A stretch of 36,696 nt of DNA from the IMG/VR virus record IMGVR_UViG_3300012953_000083, positions 1-36,696 of that record. One strand, 5' to 3'. Origin of the DNA: a virus (taxonomy: Duplodnaviria > Caudoviricetes). Of this stretch, positions 18,961 to 28,225 are shown piece by piece (position 1 is the stretch's first letter; every line of letters starts with the position of its first letter). Made by a program: the position numbers and the translations under genes. A model generated the notes under the pieces. It did no database searches, was not told where the DNA came from, and was given only the letters and a program-made list of their open reading frames with translations.

Positions 18961-21900
18961 ATGACTCTTGATGAATACATAGAATCTCTTGAAGTTGGAG
19001 AAAATAATATACAAACAGCTAGTCCTAAGCCTGTTGAAATAGCTGAGCCTGAGCAAAACAATACTTCTGCACAAAGCCTTGATGATTATATAAATTCTTT
19101 AGAAACAGAAGAAACAGCTAGAGATATTCTAGCTAATCAAAATATCAATAATAGAAATAATATAAATAATATAAATTCTTTACCTGCAATTACACCTCAA
19201 GAACCAAAAGACCCTAATGATGTTAGTTTTTTAGAAGATACTTTTAGAGTTTTTGGTGGAGCTGCTAGAGATACAGTTCAAGGAACTTCAGACTTAGTAA
19301 GAGATGTAACTGGAGGGTATGTTGATTTACCTGATCTTCCTGAAGTTGCTGAACCTACTAATATGTTAGGTAGTTTTGTAAGAGATGCAGCAGGATTTTT
19401 AGTTCCTTACACCGGTACATTAAAAGGCATACAAGCATTGTCAAAACTTAATAAATTGAAAAGATTAGACCCTGTTACAAAAGTTGGTAAATTAACTAAA
19501 TATACTTCAGCCGGTGTTATTGCTGAACAAATGGCGTTTAGTCCTGATGAAGAAAGATTATCAAACCTTATTCAAGAAGTAGCTCCTAATGAATTTACTG
19601 CATGGTTACAAGCAGATGATGACGACACTGTTGCTATGGGTCGTTTAAAAATGGCTGTTGAAGGAGCAGGAATGGGTCTTGCGGTAGAAGGTGTTTTAAA
19701 ATCTTTAGGAAAAATAAAAGGCAAGTTTAAAAAAGTGGACGACCGACCGGAAAAAGCGTCTGGAGAAATAGATAAAAATGCTAACAAAAGAGCGGCAGAC
19801 GAAGAGGTAGGTCCTCCTGACCCAAGAGTTGGTCCAAGAGTTCCTGAAGTAGTTGGTCCTACATTTACAGGAACAGGAAGCAGAACTCCATCTTCACCTA
19901 TCGGACCTACTCCAACACCTGACCCTAATAAAGCAGGTAATATAAATCTTGATAAGACTGGAACTGATAAAAAAACCAAACAAGAATATAAAGATTTGGC
20001 AGATGACAACGATCAATATTTTAATCAAAGAAGAGGTCGTCAAGAGTTTGGTAAAAACGGTGAAAAATTAAATGACCGTGCTAATGAGTTAGGTTGGACT
20101 GTTGATGACATTATTAATATCCCAAAAGGTACAGCTTTAAATGATGTAGAAATTACAAGAGTTAGACAGATAGAAAGAACTTTAGCTGAGGATTTAAAAA
20201 AAGCTAGAAAAATATATACAGATAGAATTGATAAAAACATAGCAACAGAACAGGACCATTTTAATTTTAAGAAAATGAGTAACGAAGTAGCAGCAGTGCA
20301 TGAGGTTAGTGCAGGAGTAAGATCAGAAGCAGGAAGAACTTTTAGGGCATTAAAAGAAATATCAAGAAACCCTGATGAAAAAATTAAAACTCAAGCACAG
20401 CAAGATTTTTTAGAAAATGCAAAAGGTACAAATTTAGACCCTGAAATAATAGCTAGAAATTTAGAAGCATTTGATGATGATGTTGACGCTGCAATAAAAT
20501 ATATAGCCGGTTTAGAAAATCCTACTTTACTAAATAAAATACAAGAGTTTTGGATTAACTCATTATTATCTTCACCTGCTACACATTTAGTGAATGTTTC
20601 TTCAAACGAACTTACAGCCTTAATGCGACCATTAGAATACTTTGGAGCTGCAGTAAAAGGTACACCTAGAATGCTTACTGGTGGAGAGCGAGTAACATAC
20701 ACTGAAGCTGCTGCAAGATTAGTTGGAACAATCTTAGGACATTTAGAAGGTTTAAAAGTTTTTGGTAAAACTGTAATTGATGAAAATGCAGTAATGGATT
20801 CAACTACAAAATTAGAACTAGCAAGACAAAAATCTATAGGCGGTATAGGTGGAACTATTGTTAGAACGCCAAGCAGACTATTAGTTGCCGAAGATATGTT
20901 TTTTAAAACTATTGCTTATCGACAAGAGATATGGGGACAAGCTATGAGAAAAGCTGCGAAAGAAAGAAAGGGTTGGAACTATGCTTCGCAACTGGTTAAA
21001 AAACATGGAGACGACCCTTTAAATTCTCCATTAGGAAAAGACATTGAGTTTGATGCTTTAGAAGTGGGAAGATACCAAACCTTTACAAACAAAGTAGGAG
21101 CGGTAGGTAGAGCTGTTAATAGTGTTAATAGAGCAGTCCCATTAGTAAGATTTATGCTTCCCTTTGTTCGTACTCCGGTCAACATTGTTAAGTATGCTGC
21201 AGAAAGAACTCCATTTGGTTTTTCTATGCAAAGATACAAAGACGCTATTGCAAAAGGAGGAGCTGAAAAAGATGTAGCTCAAGCTAAAATAATTATGGGT
21301 ACTTCTACAATGTTAGGCGTTGGATTATTAGCAAACTCAGGATTAATTTCTGGAGCAGGAGCCAGTATGGAAGGAGAGCCTCTTGATGGAGTAGGCATAC
21401 AAAACAGAAGACAAACCTCAGAAGGGTGGGAACCTTACTCAATTAAAGTAGGTGATAATTGGTATAGATATAATAGATTTGAACCTATAGGAATTTTATT
21501 TGGTATTGCTGCTGATTTAAATGAAGTGGGAAAATATATAAATAACACACAGGACGATACAAAAGATTTAGAGTTAGAAGCAAGTAAAGTTGCAGGAATG
21601 ATTGCTACTTCTGTTTCTAATAACTTAACAAATAAAACATTTATGTCTGGTCTTAGTGATGTAATAAAAGCTATATCAGACCCAACAAGATATTCTGAAA
21701 AATGGATTAATAGGTTTACTGGTTCTTTTGTACCTACAGTTTTTGCTCATGCAGGGCAATATGATGATGATGTTTTAAGAGATGCTAGATCAATAACAGA
21801 CACATTAATACAAAGACTGCCTTTATTTGGAGACCCTAAAACTGATCTTGCTCCAAGAAGAAATATCTTTGGTGAAATACAAACAAGGGACCCAAGCGTA

Positions 21901-22257
21901 GGCGGTCCTTTTACTCCTTATATGTATTCTGAGCCAAAACTTGGAGCTGAAATTTTTGATGAATTTTATAGACTTGGTTATTCTCCTCGTCTTCCTGCTA
22001 GAAATATAGATGGTATAAAATTAAATCCTTTCCAATATTCAAGACTGTTAGAAATAAACGGTGAGTTAAATACTAAAGATATTATGACAAATATTATTAA
22101 AGGTAGAGATTATTTGAATGCTACGGAAGGAGTTAAACAAGCTATATTAAGTAATGTATTAGAAGAGTTTAACGGAGCTGCAAAGCAACTTCTTTTAGCT
22201 GAAGACAAAGAACTAATGCAACAATATATAGAAGGCAGAGCAACTAAATACGATTAA
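18961..22257 (+). CDS. Large internal virion/ejection protein
   Basis: 1098 aa, last structural gene; NSLLSSPATH.VN, PFVRTPVNI, GWEPYSIK, Y.RFEP motifs. Confidence 0.75.
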   Translation: MTLDEYIESLEVGENNIQTASPKPVEIAEPEQNNTSAQSLDDYINSLETEETARDILANQNINNRNNINNINSLPAITPQEPKDPNDVSFLEDTFRVFGGAARDTVQGTSDLVRDVTGGYVDLPDLPEVAEPTNMLGSFVRDAAGFLVPYTGTLKGIQALSKLNKLKRLDPVTKVGKLTKYTSAGVIAEQMAFSPDEERLSNLIQEVAPNEFTAWLQADDDDTVAMGRLKMAVEGAGMGLAVEGVLKSLGKIKGKFKKVDDRPEKASGEIDKNANKRAADEEVGPPDPRVGPRVPEVVGPTFTGTGSRTPSSPIGPTPTPDPNKAGNINLDKTGTDKKTKQEYKDLADDNDQYFNQRRGRQEFGKNGEKLNDRANELGWTVDDIINIPKGTALNDVEITRVRQIERTLAEDLKKARKIYTDRIDKNIATEQDHFNFKKMSNEVAAVHEVSAGVRSEAGRTFRALKEISRNPDEKIKTQAQQDFLENAKGTNLDPEIIARNLEAFDDDVDAAIKYIAGLENPTLLNKIQEFWINSLLSSPATHLVNVSSNELTALMRPLEYFGAAVKGTPRMLTGGERVTYTEAAARLVGTILGHLEGLKVFGKTVIDENAVMDSTTKLELARQKSIGGIGGTIVRTPSRLLVAEDMFFKTIAYRQEIWGQAMRKAAKERKGWNYASQLVKKHGDDPLNSPLGKDIEFDALEVGRYQTFTNKVGAVGRAVNSVNRAVPLVRFMLPFVRTPVNIVKYAAERTPFGFSMQRYKDAIAKGGAEKDVAQAKIIMGTSTMLGVGLLANSGLISGAGASMEGEPLDGVGIQNRRQTSEGWEPYSIKVGDNWYRYNRFEPIGILFGIAADLNEVGKYINNTQDDTKDLELEASKVAGMIATSVSNNLTNKTFMSGLSDVIKAISDPTRYSEKWINRFTGSFVPTVFAHAGQYDDDVLRDARSITDTLIQRLPLFGDPKTDLAPRRNIFGEIQTRDPSVGGPFTPYMYSEPKLGAEIFDEFYRLGYSPRLPARNIDGIKLNPFQYSRLLEINGELNTKDIMTNIIKGRDYLNATEGVKQAILSNVLEEFNGAAKQLLLAEDKELMQQYIEGRATKYD

Positions 22258-22261
22258 TGTA

Positions 22262-22711
22262 ATGGGTAGATCGACCGAAAGGTTAGGAAGAAGTGGGGAG
22301 TTTGCAGTTGCTAGTCATTTAGCATTATTTTCAGATACGGTAACAATAGTTCCTCATGGTTCTCATGCTGATATTCTTTTTGAGCATGAAGATAAAATTT
22401 TAAAATGTCAGGTTAAAACGAAAAGCAACGAAAGGCTGTATGAAAAAAAAGGCGTTGCTAGAAGGATTGGTTGGCAGTTTGATCTTAGACGAGGGAGGCA
22501 TACAAAAGACCGTTATTACGGAGAGAACGGAGAAAATAGTATAGACATCTATGCTCTCTATTGTATGCCATTAAATATAATTACTTATATTCCCTCTAAT
22601 TATCCTGCTACTAAAATAACTTTATCTACTGAGCAGTTAAAAAATACTGACCCCTATGAATCGCTAATTAAATCAATTAATGATTTGAGCATCAATAACT
22701 TTAGCAGCTAA
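22262..22711 (+). CDS. PD-(D/E)XK endonuclease
   Basis: G..GE..VA, ADILF and CQVKT catalytic-type motifs. Confidence 0.75.
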   Translation: MGRSTERLGRSGEFAVASHLALFSDTVTIVPHGSHADILFEHEDKILKCQVKTKSNERLYEKKGVARRIGWQFDLRRGRHTKDRYYGENGENSIDIYALYCMPLNIITYIPSNYPATKITLSTEQLKNTDPYESLIKSINDLSINNFSS

Positions 22712-23818
22712 ATTAACATTACCTGAAGATATTTGCGGAGTAACTTCACCGTATCTTTGCATTGAAGCTAAACTTTTATGACCCAACAAAGCTCCAACTT
22801 GTCTTGTTGAAATGTTAGCTGATATACACATAGTAGCGAAGCTGTGCCTTAGATCATGTAACCTTATATCAGGGCAGTTACATTTATTAGTTATTTTTCT
22901 CCATAATTTATAAGGAGTTACTATTCCAGTAATAGTTTTTGTTTTAGGATTAATAGTAGATAATTTATTAATAACCTGCATAGCCGGTTCATTTAAATAA
23001 ATAACCCTTTCTTCTCCGGTTTTTTGTCCAGTCTTGTGATGCTCAACTGGAATAATAATTTTGTTATCTTTAATCCATTCCCAACGAGCTTTAGCTATCT
23101 CACCTTTTCTTGCTCCAGTTAATATAAGCAGCCATATAAACCCAACAGTTCTGTATCTTTCTGGATTATTTAATTCAATACTATTAAGCTCATTAAATAT
23201 TTTTGCTTTTTCTAAATCTGTATATGACCTTTTAATTTTAATATCAGGGTGAGCTTTTATCTTAGAGCCTACATTAAAATCAATTCCGTAAGTCTCTTCA
23301 TCTACAGCAAAATTTAACGAAGCAATAATCATCTTTAAAGTTTTGTTGGCTACGCTCTTACTGTGTTTTGTAGCTTTCTTAAAAACTTCTTTTATATTTT
23401 TTCTTTTAAGATCACTAACTACAATATTACCTGCAAGTGACTTAACCCAATTATTATAATTTCTTTGACAATCTTCTATGTGTTTTGTTTTTACATTTCT
23501 TGATTTGCAATCATCAATATAGTCATTAAATAATTGTTGATAAGTAACAGATATATTTTCAGCAGGGTCCGGAATAATTCCTTCTTGTATATCAATTAAT
23601 GTTTCGTACATTTTGATTGCTCTATTTCTAATAGAAGTAATGCCTTCATCTTTGTATTTAAGAGGTATGGTTTTAGTTTTTCTTTTGCCGTTTTCTGACC
23701 ACAACAGCATATAACTAATTACACCGTTACGATTTCTAATTTTTAATTTACTAAAAGATTTATCTGTTTTAATTTTTTCTTTGGTAGTAAATTGGTAGTT
23801 GTTTTTATTAGTATTCAT
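22673..23818 (-). CDS. int: Tyrosine integrase
   Basis: LLILTGARKGEI (R), HKTG (K), LHDLRHSFAT (HxxR), LLGH, QRY (Y); GAGGAG SD. Confidence 0.96.
   Translation of the reverse strand: MNTNKNNYQFTTKEKIKTDKSFSKLKIRNRNGVISYMLLWSENGKRKTKTIPLKYKDEGITSIRNRAIKMYETLIDIQEGIIPDPAENISVTYQQLFNDYIDDCKSRNVKTKHIEDCQRNYNNWVKSLAGNIVVSDLKRKNIKEVFKKATKHSKSVANKTLKMIIASLNFAVDEETYGIDFNVGSKIKAHPDIKIKRSYTDLEKAKIFNELNSIELNNPERYRTVGFIWLLILTGARKGEIAKARWEWIKDNKIIIPVEHHKTGQKTGEERVIYLNEPAMQVINKLSTINPKTKTITGIVTPYKLWRKITNKCNCPDIRLHDLRHSFATMCISANISTRQVGALLGHKSLASMQRYGEVTPQISSGNVNLAAKVIDAQIIN
23781..23805. repeat. Arm-type-like tandem repeat, copy 1
   Basis: TTGGTAGTAAATTGGTAGTTGTTTT; 23/25 identical to 24016-24040. Confidence 0.7.
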
Positions 23819-23844
23819 ATATTCTCCTCATGACTAATGGGTAT

Positions 23845-23873
23845 AAATTAGCACGATATTTGAGGCTGTGCAA
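23845..23873 (-). promoter_or_regulatory. sigma70-like promoter of integrase
   Basis: Minus strand TTGCAC-17nt-TAATTT with TGn extension. Confidence 0.55.
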
Positions 23874-24015
23874 CAAATATAAAAAAAAATTTAAGCCTAG
23901 CCTTATTAAATAAATACATATAATCTTCTTTTAAGGGAACTATCAGCAACTTAAATAAGATTAAACTTCCTTTATAATCTGCCAAAAATTAGCCTCGCAA
24001 ATTATTAATTATATT

Positions 24016-24040
24016 TTGGTAGTTGATTGGTAGTTGTTTT
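24016..24040. repeat. Arm-type-like tandem repeat, copy 2
   Basis: TTGGTAGTTGATTGGTAGTTGTTTT, 1 nt from the tRNA CCA end. Confidence 0.7.
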
Positions 24041-24041
24041 A

Positions 24042-24117
24042 TGGTGAGTCCTCAGAGGCTCGAACTCTGGACCCTACCCTTAAAAGGGGTATGCTCTACC
24101 AACTGAGCTAAGGACTC
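24042..24117 (-). tRNA. tRNA-Lys(UUU)
   Basis: 76-nt cloverleaf: GAGTCCT/AGGACTC acceptor, GCTC/GAGC D stem, TACCC-CT TTT AA-GGGTA anticodon arm, CAGAG-TTCGAGC-CTCTG T arm, encoded ACCA. Confidence 0.97.
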
Positions 24118-24157
24118 ACGAAAATTTTTATATTCGGAATCCTATAAAAAGTACAGC

Positions 24158-24376
24158 TTATTTTTTTAGAACTAAATCTATTTCCATTTCTAAATAATGG
24201 ATAGCTTTTCTAAGATCATCTACTCTTGAGCCTTTGTCCCTTGATATATATTTAATAGCATTACCGCAGCAATATGAAAGGTTATTACCTAAAATAAATT
24301 CTATTGGCTCTATAGGTAGTTCTTTGTAATGATTACCGGCTACTTGTTTTTGTAGTACCTTCTTTTTTTTGGTCAT
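24158..24376 (-). CDS. DUF3310 family protein
   Basis: QVAGNHYK..IEPIEFI..GNAIKYISR..DLRKA.HYL; AGGAG SD before ATG 24376. Confidence 0.88.
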   Translation of the reverse strand: MTKKKKVLQKQVAGNHYKELPIEPIEFILGNNLSYCCGNAIKYISRDKGSRVDDLRKAIHYLEMEIDLVLKK

Positions 24377-24470
24377 TTTTCTCCTTGTCTTTTCTAAAAA
24401 TTTTATCAAAGTTTTCCTCAAATGTTTTTTTATCAACACTAAAAGGGCGTGGTCTATCTCCTTTACTCAT
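24333..24470 (-). CDS. Small phage protein (MSKGDRPRP...FEENFDKIF)
   Basis: TAATG-coupled start at 24470; motif resembles small proteins of marine phages. Confidence 0.6.
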   Translation of the reverse strand: MSKGDRPRPFSVDKKTFEENFDKIFRKDKEKNDQKKEGTTKTSSR

Positions 24471-24607
24471 TACATCTGAGACAATATGGCTATTAAAATT
24501 ATATTTGTAATAATAACCTGAATACAAAGAATAGTATGATACCAAACCCATCTATGCTCATAGAGGTTTTTAACATTTGGTTTTAATTCTTCGTCCGTAT
24601 AACTCAT
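24470..24607 (-). CDS. Small membrane protein (45 aa, ..RWVWYHTILCIQVIITNIILIAIL)
   Basis: Not in ORF track; ATGA and TAATG overlaps at both ends; C-terminal TM segment. Confidence 0.6.
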   Translation of the reverse strand: MSYTDEELKPNVKNLYEHRWVWYHTILCIQVIITNIILIAILSQM

Positions 24608-24909
24608 TTAGTTCTTCGTAAAACAAAAACATTCTTTGCTTCATTAACAGTCAAATCATTTTCTTCCGCTAACCAAGTTAATTTCTGTCTTGGAAAAGAT
24701 TTTTTATCCACAATACATCTCATAACTATTTCTTTTTTCTTAACAGTATCTAAGCAATTCCATTGTGCTATTTCTTTCGTAGTTCTGCCACAAATACAAG
24801 TGTCATTTTCTGGTGTTAAATAAGTTAAAGTACAAACTGATATGCAAGGACAGTCTTCAAGAGAAGAACTCTTGCCTTCCATCTTCAAACTATCTCTAAC
24901 TGTTTTCAT
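24604..24909 (-). CDS. DUF1289-like Cys-rich protein
   Basis: PCISVCTL...C.CGRT..EIAQW motif. Confidence 0.75.
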   Translation of the reverse strand: MKTVRDSLKMEGKSSSLEDCPCISVCTLTYLTPENDTCICGRTTKEIAQWNCLDTVKKKEIVMRCIVDKKSFPRQKLTWLAEENDLTVNEAKNVFVLRRTK

Positions 24910-25030
24910 TTTAAAATCTTAATTTTTAAGAGTGAAAAAAAAATTTAATTTAATTTATTTAATCTGCTCTACTTGTTTTTTGTAAAACAATTAAGTTATC
25001 ATATCATCTTACGAGGACAAATTACTACTT

Positions 25031-25225
25031 ATGAGCAAAGAAAAAATATATTACGACAGGAAAAGTTGTGCGGAAAGGTTGGGTGGAATATCAGTAAAAA
25101 CATTAGACACATGGAGATACAAAGGCGAAGGACCTGATTTTCATAAGTTTGGAAATGCAATTAGATATTCTGAAGAAGATATAATTAAGTACGAAAATTC
25201 AAGAAAAATTATACAAGAAAATTAA
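25031..25225 (+). CDS. Excisionase/AlpA-like HTH protein
   Basis: AERLG.ISVKTL.TWR..G.GP.F.K.G..IRY motif. Confidence 0.85.
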   Translation: MSKEKIYYDRKSCAERLGGISVKTLDTWRYKGEGPDFHKFGNAIRYSEEDIIKYENSRKIIQEN

Positions 25226-26016
25226 TGCCGGTTACGAGTCATGCAAAAGTTAGTCCTTCTGGATTAACGAGATCAACGAAATGTTCTGCTTCTATAAAAG
25301 CAAGTGAAGGCTATCAAAGTACAGGAAGTTATGCTGCATGGGAGGGAAGTGTAAATCACGAAATGAACGAGATGAGATTATTGGGAAATTTAGAAGGCAT
25401 AGATTTTCATGAGTATTGGTTAAATAAGGAAGTGGAATATGAAGGACATATAGTTACTGTAGATCAGACTATGATAGATGCTTCCGATATGTATTGTGAA
25501 TATGTTGTTAAAAGAAGCAGCGAAGAAGAAGGCAGTAAATTATTAATTGAAGAAAAATTAGATGGCTCAGAAATACACCCTGACTTATGGGGAACAACAG
25601 ATATTTTAATATTACAAAAAGATAAAATAATAATAATAGATTACAAAGCCGGTAAGTACCCAGTCGAAGTTGATATGAATTTACAACTTAGAGCTTATGG
25701 TCTTATGGCATTATCAAGATACTCCGATAAGAAAAGTGTTGAGACAGTTATTGTGCAGCCTAGAAGTTGGCACAAAGACGGTCCGATCAGAAGCACTACT
25801 ATATTTTCTGATGACTTAGCTAATTGGGGTTTGGATTGGCTAAAGCCAAAAATAGAAGCGTGTTTCGTAGAAGAACCTGAGTATGTAGCAGGAAAGCATT
25901 GTCATTTCTGTCCACATAAACCGGACTGCGAAACACATAAATTATATTTAACTAGCGAGGAGCATGATGAAGAAAAGCGAAAGCGAACAATCGCCGCAAT
26001 CAACGGCAAAAAATAA
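25225..26016 (+). CDS. Cas4-like PD-(D/E)XK exonuclease (DUF2800-like)
   Basis: HA.VSPS..C, WGTTD, IIDYKAG, NLQLRAY, G.HC.FCP...C. Confidence 0.87.
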   Translation: MPVTSHAKVSPSGLTRSTKCSASIKASEGYQSTGSYAAWEGSVNHEMNEMRLLGNLEGIDFHEYWLNKEVEYEGHIVTVDQTMIDASDMYCEYVVKRSSEEEGSKLLIEEKLDGSEIHPDLWGTTDILILQKDKIIIIDYKAGKYPVEVDMNLQLRAYGLMALSRYSDKKSVETVIVQPRSWHKDGPIRSTTIFSDDLANWGLDWLKPKIEACFVEEPEYVAGKHCHFCPHKPDCETHKLYLTSEEHDEEKRKRTIAAINGKK

Positions 26017-26326
26017 AACTCCGTGTTTTAATTACACGGAAAATGGAAATGAGGTTGTAGTTTATGACGAAGACCTCAAAGACGAATTGATAGATATTAG
26101 TATTACAGCTAACCCAAAAAAATTAGCTGAAATTATTATGTGGTCTATCAACACTTTGGGACAGTTAAACGCTGACCCTGAAACGATTACTCTAAAGAGG
26201 AGAACTCAACAGATTAATCAACTGGATAACGCTTTGTCGATATTACAGACTCAATCATTAGAACTCTTGAAGTCTGAGTTATCGCCTAGAGCAGTTTTAA
26301 AAACAACTAACATAACAAAGGAGTAA
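25964..26326 (+). CDS. Hypothetical protein
   Basis: GAGGAG SD; within replication operon. Confidence 0.65.
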   Translation: MMKKSESEQSPQSTAKNKTPCFNYTENGNEVVVYDEDLKDELIDISITANPKKLAEIIMWSINTLGQLNADPETITLKRRTQQINQLDNALSILQTQSLELLKSELSPRAVLKTTNITKE

Positions 26327-26328
26327 TT

Positions 26329-27105
26329 ATGTCTTTAGCTGATATACAAAAAGGTAGTCAAATAAAACCTGTTAAATTTATTTTATATGGACCAAGCGGC
26401 ATAGGTAAAACAAGTCTAGCTGCACAAATGGAAAACCCAGTCTTAATTCAAACTGAAGATGGCATGGCAGGTATCGAGAATGATGACAACATTTGGTCTT
26501 TCCCAGTCTGTAAAACTTATGATGAATTTATGTCTAGGCTCACGGCAATAAGAGATGAAGAACACGATAGAAAATCTTTAATAATAGATTCACTTGATTG
26601 GTTAGAAACCCTTGTCTTTCAAAAGGTTTGTGACATTGGAGGGAAGGGTCATGTTGAGGATTTTGGATATGGTAAAGGCTATGCTTTAGCAGGAGATCAG
26701 ATGACAGAAATTCTTGAAGTCTTAAATGATATAAGAGACAAAAGAAAAATGAGAGTCTGCATGATTTGTCATGTTGAATTAAAGCGTATTGAAATACCTG
26801 ACATGAACCCTCATGATAAATACCAATTAAAATTACATAAAAGAGTTGCTGCAAAAGTGAGTGAGTTTGCTGATGCAATTTTCTTTTACAATTACAAATA
26901 TGGACAAGTAAAAAAACAAGCTGACAAAGGGCAAATGGTTACAAAAACAACTATGTCACAAGACAGATATATTTTTACTAGAGAAACTTCCGCTCATGTA
27001 GGGAAGAATAGATACAACTTGCCTGACGAAATCAAGCTCGAAAGGGAGACAGGTTGGAAGATTTTAAGTACAGCTATGAAGGAGGGGTTAGGCATTGGAA
27101 AATAA
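26329..27105 (+). CDS. Sak4-like AAA_24 ATPase / recombinase
   Basis: LYGPSGIGKTS, QTEDG, IIDSLDWLE, GYGKGY, KNRYNLP. Confidence 0.9.
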   Translation: MSLADIQKGSQIKPVKFILYGPSGIGKTSLAAQMENPVLIQTEDGMAGIENDDNIWSFPVCKTYDEFMSRLTAIRDEEHDRKSLIIDSLDWLETLVFQKVCDIGGKGHVEDFGYGKGYALAGDQMTEILEVLNDIRDKRKMRVCMICHVELKRIEIPDMNPHDKYQLKLHKRVAAKVSEFADAIFFYNYKYGQVKKQADKGQMVTKTTMSQDRYIFTRETSAHVGKNRYNLPDEIKLERETGWKILSTAMKEGLGIGK

Positions 27106-27259
27106 TTACAATGAGCATTGGTTCCCTGAGATTGAAGATGAACTTAAATGTGATGAGTGCGGTAAAGGTGAGCCGGTGGCAAGGGTGTCACACTTACTGG
27201 TCTGCATTGATTGTTTTAAAATAGATAAACCAAAATTAAGCGAGGTAAAAAATGGTTGA
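27095..27259 (+). CDS. Small Zn-finger protein (54 aa)
   Basis: Not in ORF track; TTG start after GGAGGGG; CDEC...CIDC. Confidence 0.6.
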   Translation: MENNYNEHWFPEIEDELKCDECGKGEPVARVSHLLVCIDCFKIDKPKLSEVKNG

Positions 27260-27851
27260 TTTAAGTAATAAGTTTGGCGGTGGATTTAATCCTGACGCTG
27301 AAGCTGAGGTGGATAATTCTTTCAAAGATTATCCGGACGGAAGATACACACTAGCGTTTGCAGGTATTGATGAGCTAAATGATTTAGTCTCAAAAAGCGA
27401 AAAGAATAATGGTGTAGTTTATGATGCTATTGAGATTGAATTTGAAGTTCAAGAAATAGACATTATGAACAAGAAAGAAAGGTTTATGGTCAGTTGGGAC
27501 AAGGAGGGAAGTGAAGACCCTCAGTCTCATTCCATAGCTATTTCTGGTCAGGCAAATTTATTTAATTGCTTGTTATCTATGGGTCTTGAAAGAGATGCTG
27601 TCATGACTGCCAAAGAGAGTGATCTTATTGGTAAACTTACTACCTGTCTTTTGAAGAAAGGCAAGTATGCAAAGAATGACGGAACTGAAGGAACCTCATT
27701 TAAAATAGATAGCGGTTGGCATGGTAAAAACTGGGAAGCTGTAGGCGGTGAAACAGTTAAGCTAGAGGAAGAAACTAAAGCAGTTGAACCTGCTGTAGTT
27801 AAGGCTGAAGAACCTGCAAAACCTGACATGAATGATGAGATTCCGTTCTAG
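27252..27851 (+). CDS. Single-stranded DNA-binding protein (putative)
   Basis: PDGRY motif, acidic tail ending DEIPF; follows Sak4-like gene. Confidence 0.75.
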   Translation: MVDLSNKFGGGFNPDAEAEVDNSFKDYPDGRYTLAFAGIDELNDLVSKSEKNNGVVYDAIEIEFEVQEIDIMNKKERFMVSWDKEGSEDPQSHSIAISGQANLFNCLLSMGLERDAVMTAKESDLIGKLTTCLLKKGKYAKNDGTEGTSFKIDSGWHGKNWEAVGGETVKLEEETKAVEPAVVKAEEPAKPDMNDEIPF

Positions 27852-27859
27852 GAATTTAA

Positions 27860-28225
27860 TTGTTTGATATAAAAAATAATAGACCCTCCCTGTGCGGACA
27901 TTGTTTGTGTCCGGCAGGAGCGGTCTTGTTTGAATACAAAAAAAAATATTATGGTGTGTGTAATAAGATGGAACATATAGATAAAATAAAAGAAAGGATT
28001 GAACGAGGAGAAAAATTAGAGAGAACAGCTAATTTAAATTATGAAAGTGTGGGTTATGCGATAGCACAAACAAAAGAAACTTATATAAAGTTTGCGAATA
28101 AACATAATACCTACGAGCTGCACAAATGGGAGTCGAACGACAGGCGAAAATTTTTTGAGTTATTAGTCCTCCATTATCTTGATTGCGAAAAAGCAAAAGC
28201 AAGTAATGGTGTGGCTAATGATTGA
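27860..28225 (+). CDS. Hypothetical protein with CxxC..C..H
   Basis: RPSLCGHC..YGVC...H; precedes primase. Confidence 0.65.
   Translation: MFDIKNNRPSLCGHCLCPAGAVLFEYKKKYYGVCNKMEHIDKIKERIERGEKLERTANLNYESVGYAIAQTKETYIKFANKHNTYELHKWESNDRRKFFELLVLHYLDCEKAKASNGVAND

Noticed and set aside
350-21239. Numerous antisense and alternative-frame ORFs in the structural region (e.g. 350-655, 4310-4717, 19572-20009)
   Set aside because: Shadows of well-supported + strand genes; no SD or motifs
22262-22711. Endonuclease as part of a group I intron
   Set aside because: Free-standing between intact genes; no interrupted gene or room for an intron core
25225-26016. Cas4-like nuclease as evidence of CRISPR-Cas
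   Set aside because: No repeat-spacer array or other cas genes seen; standard phage exonuclease-Sak4-SSB module
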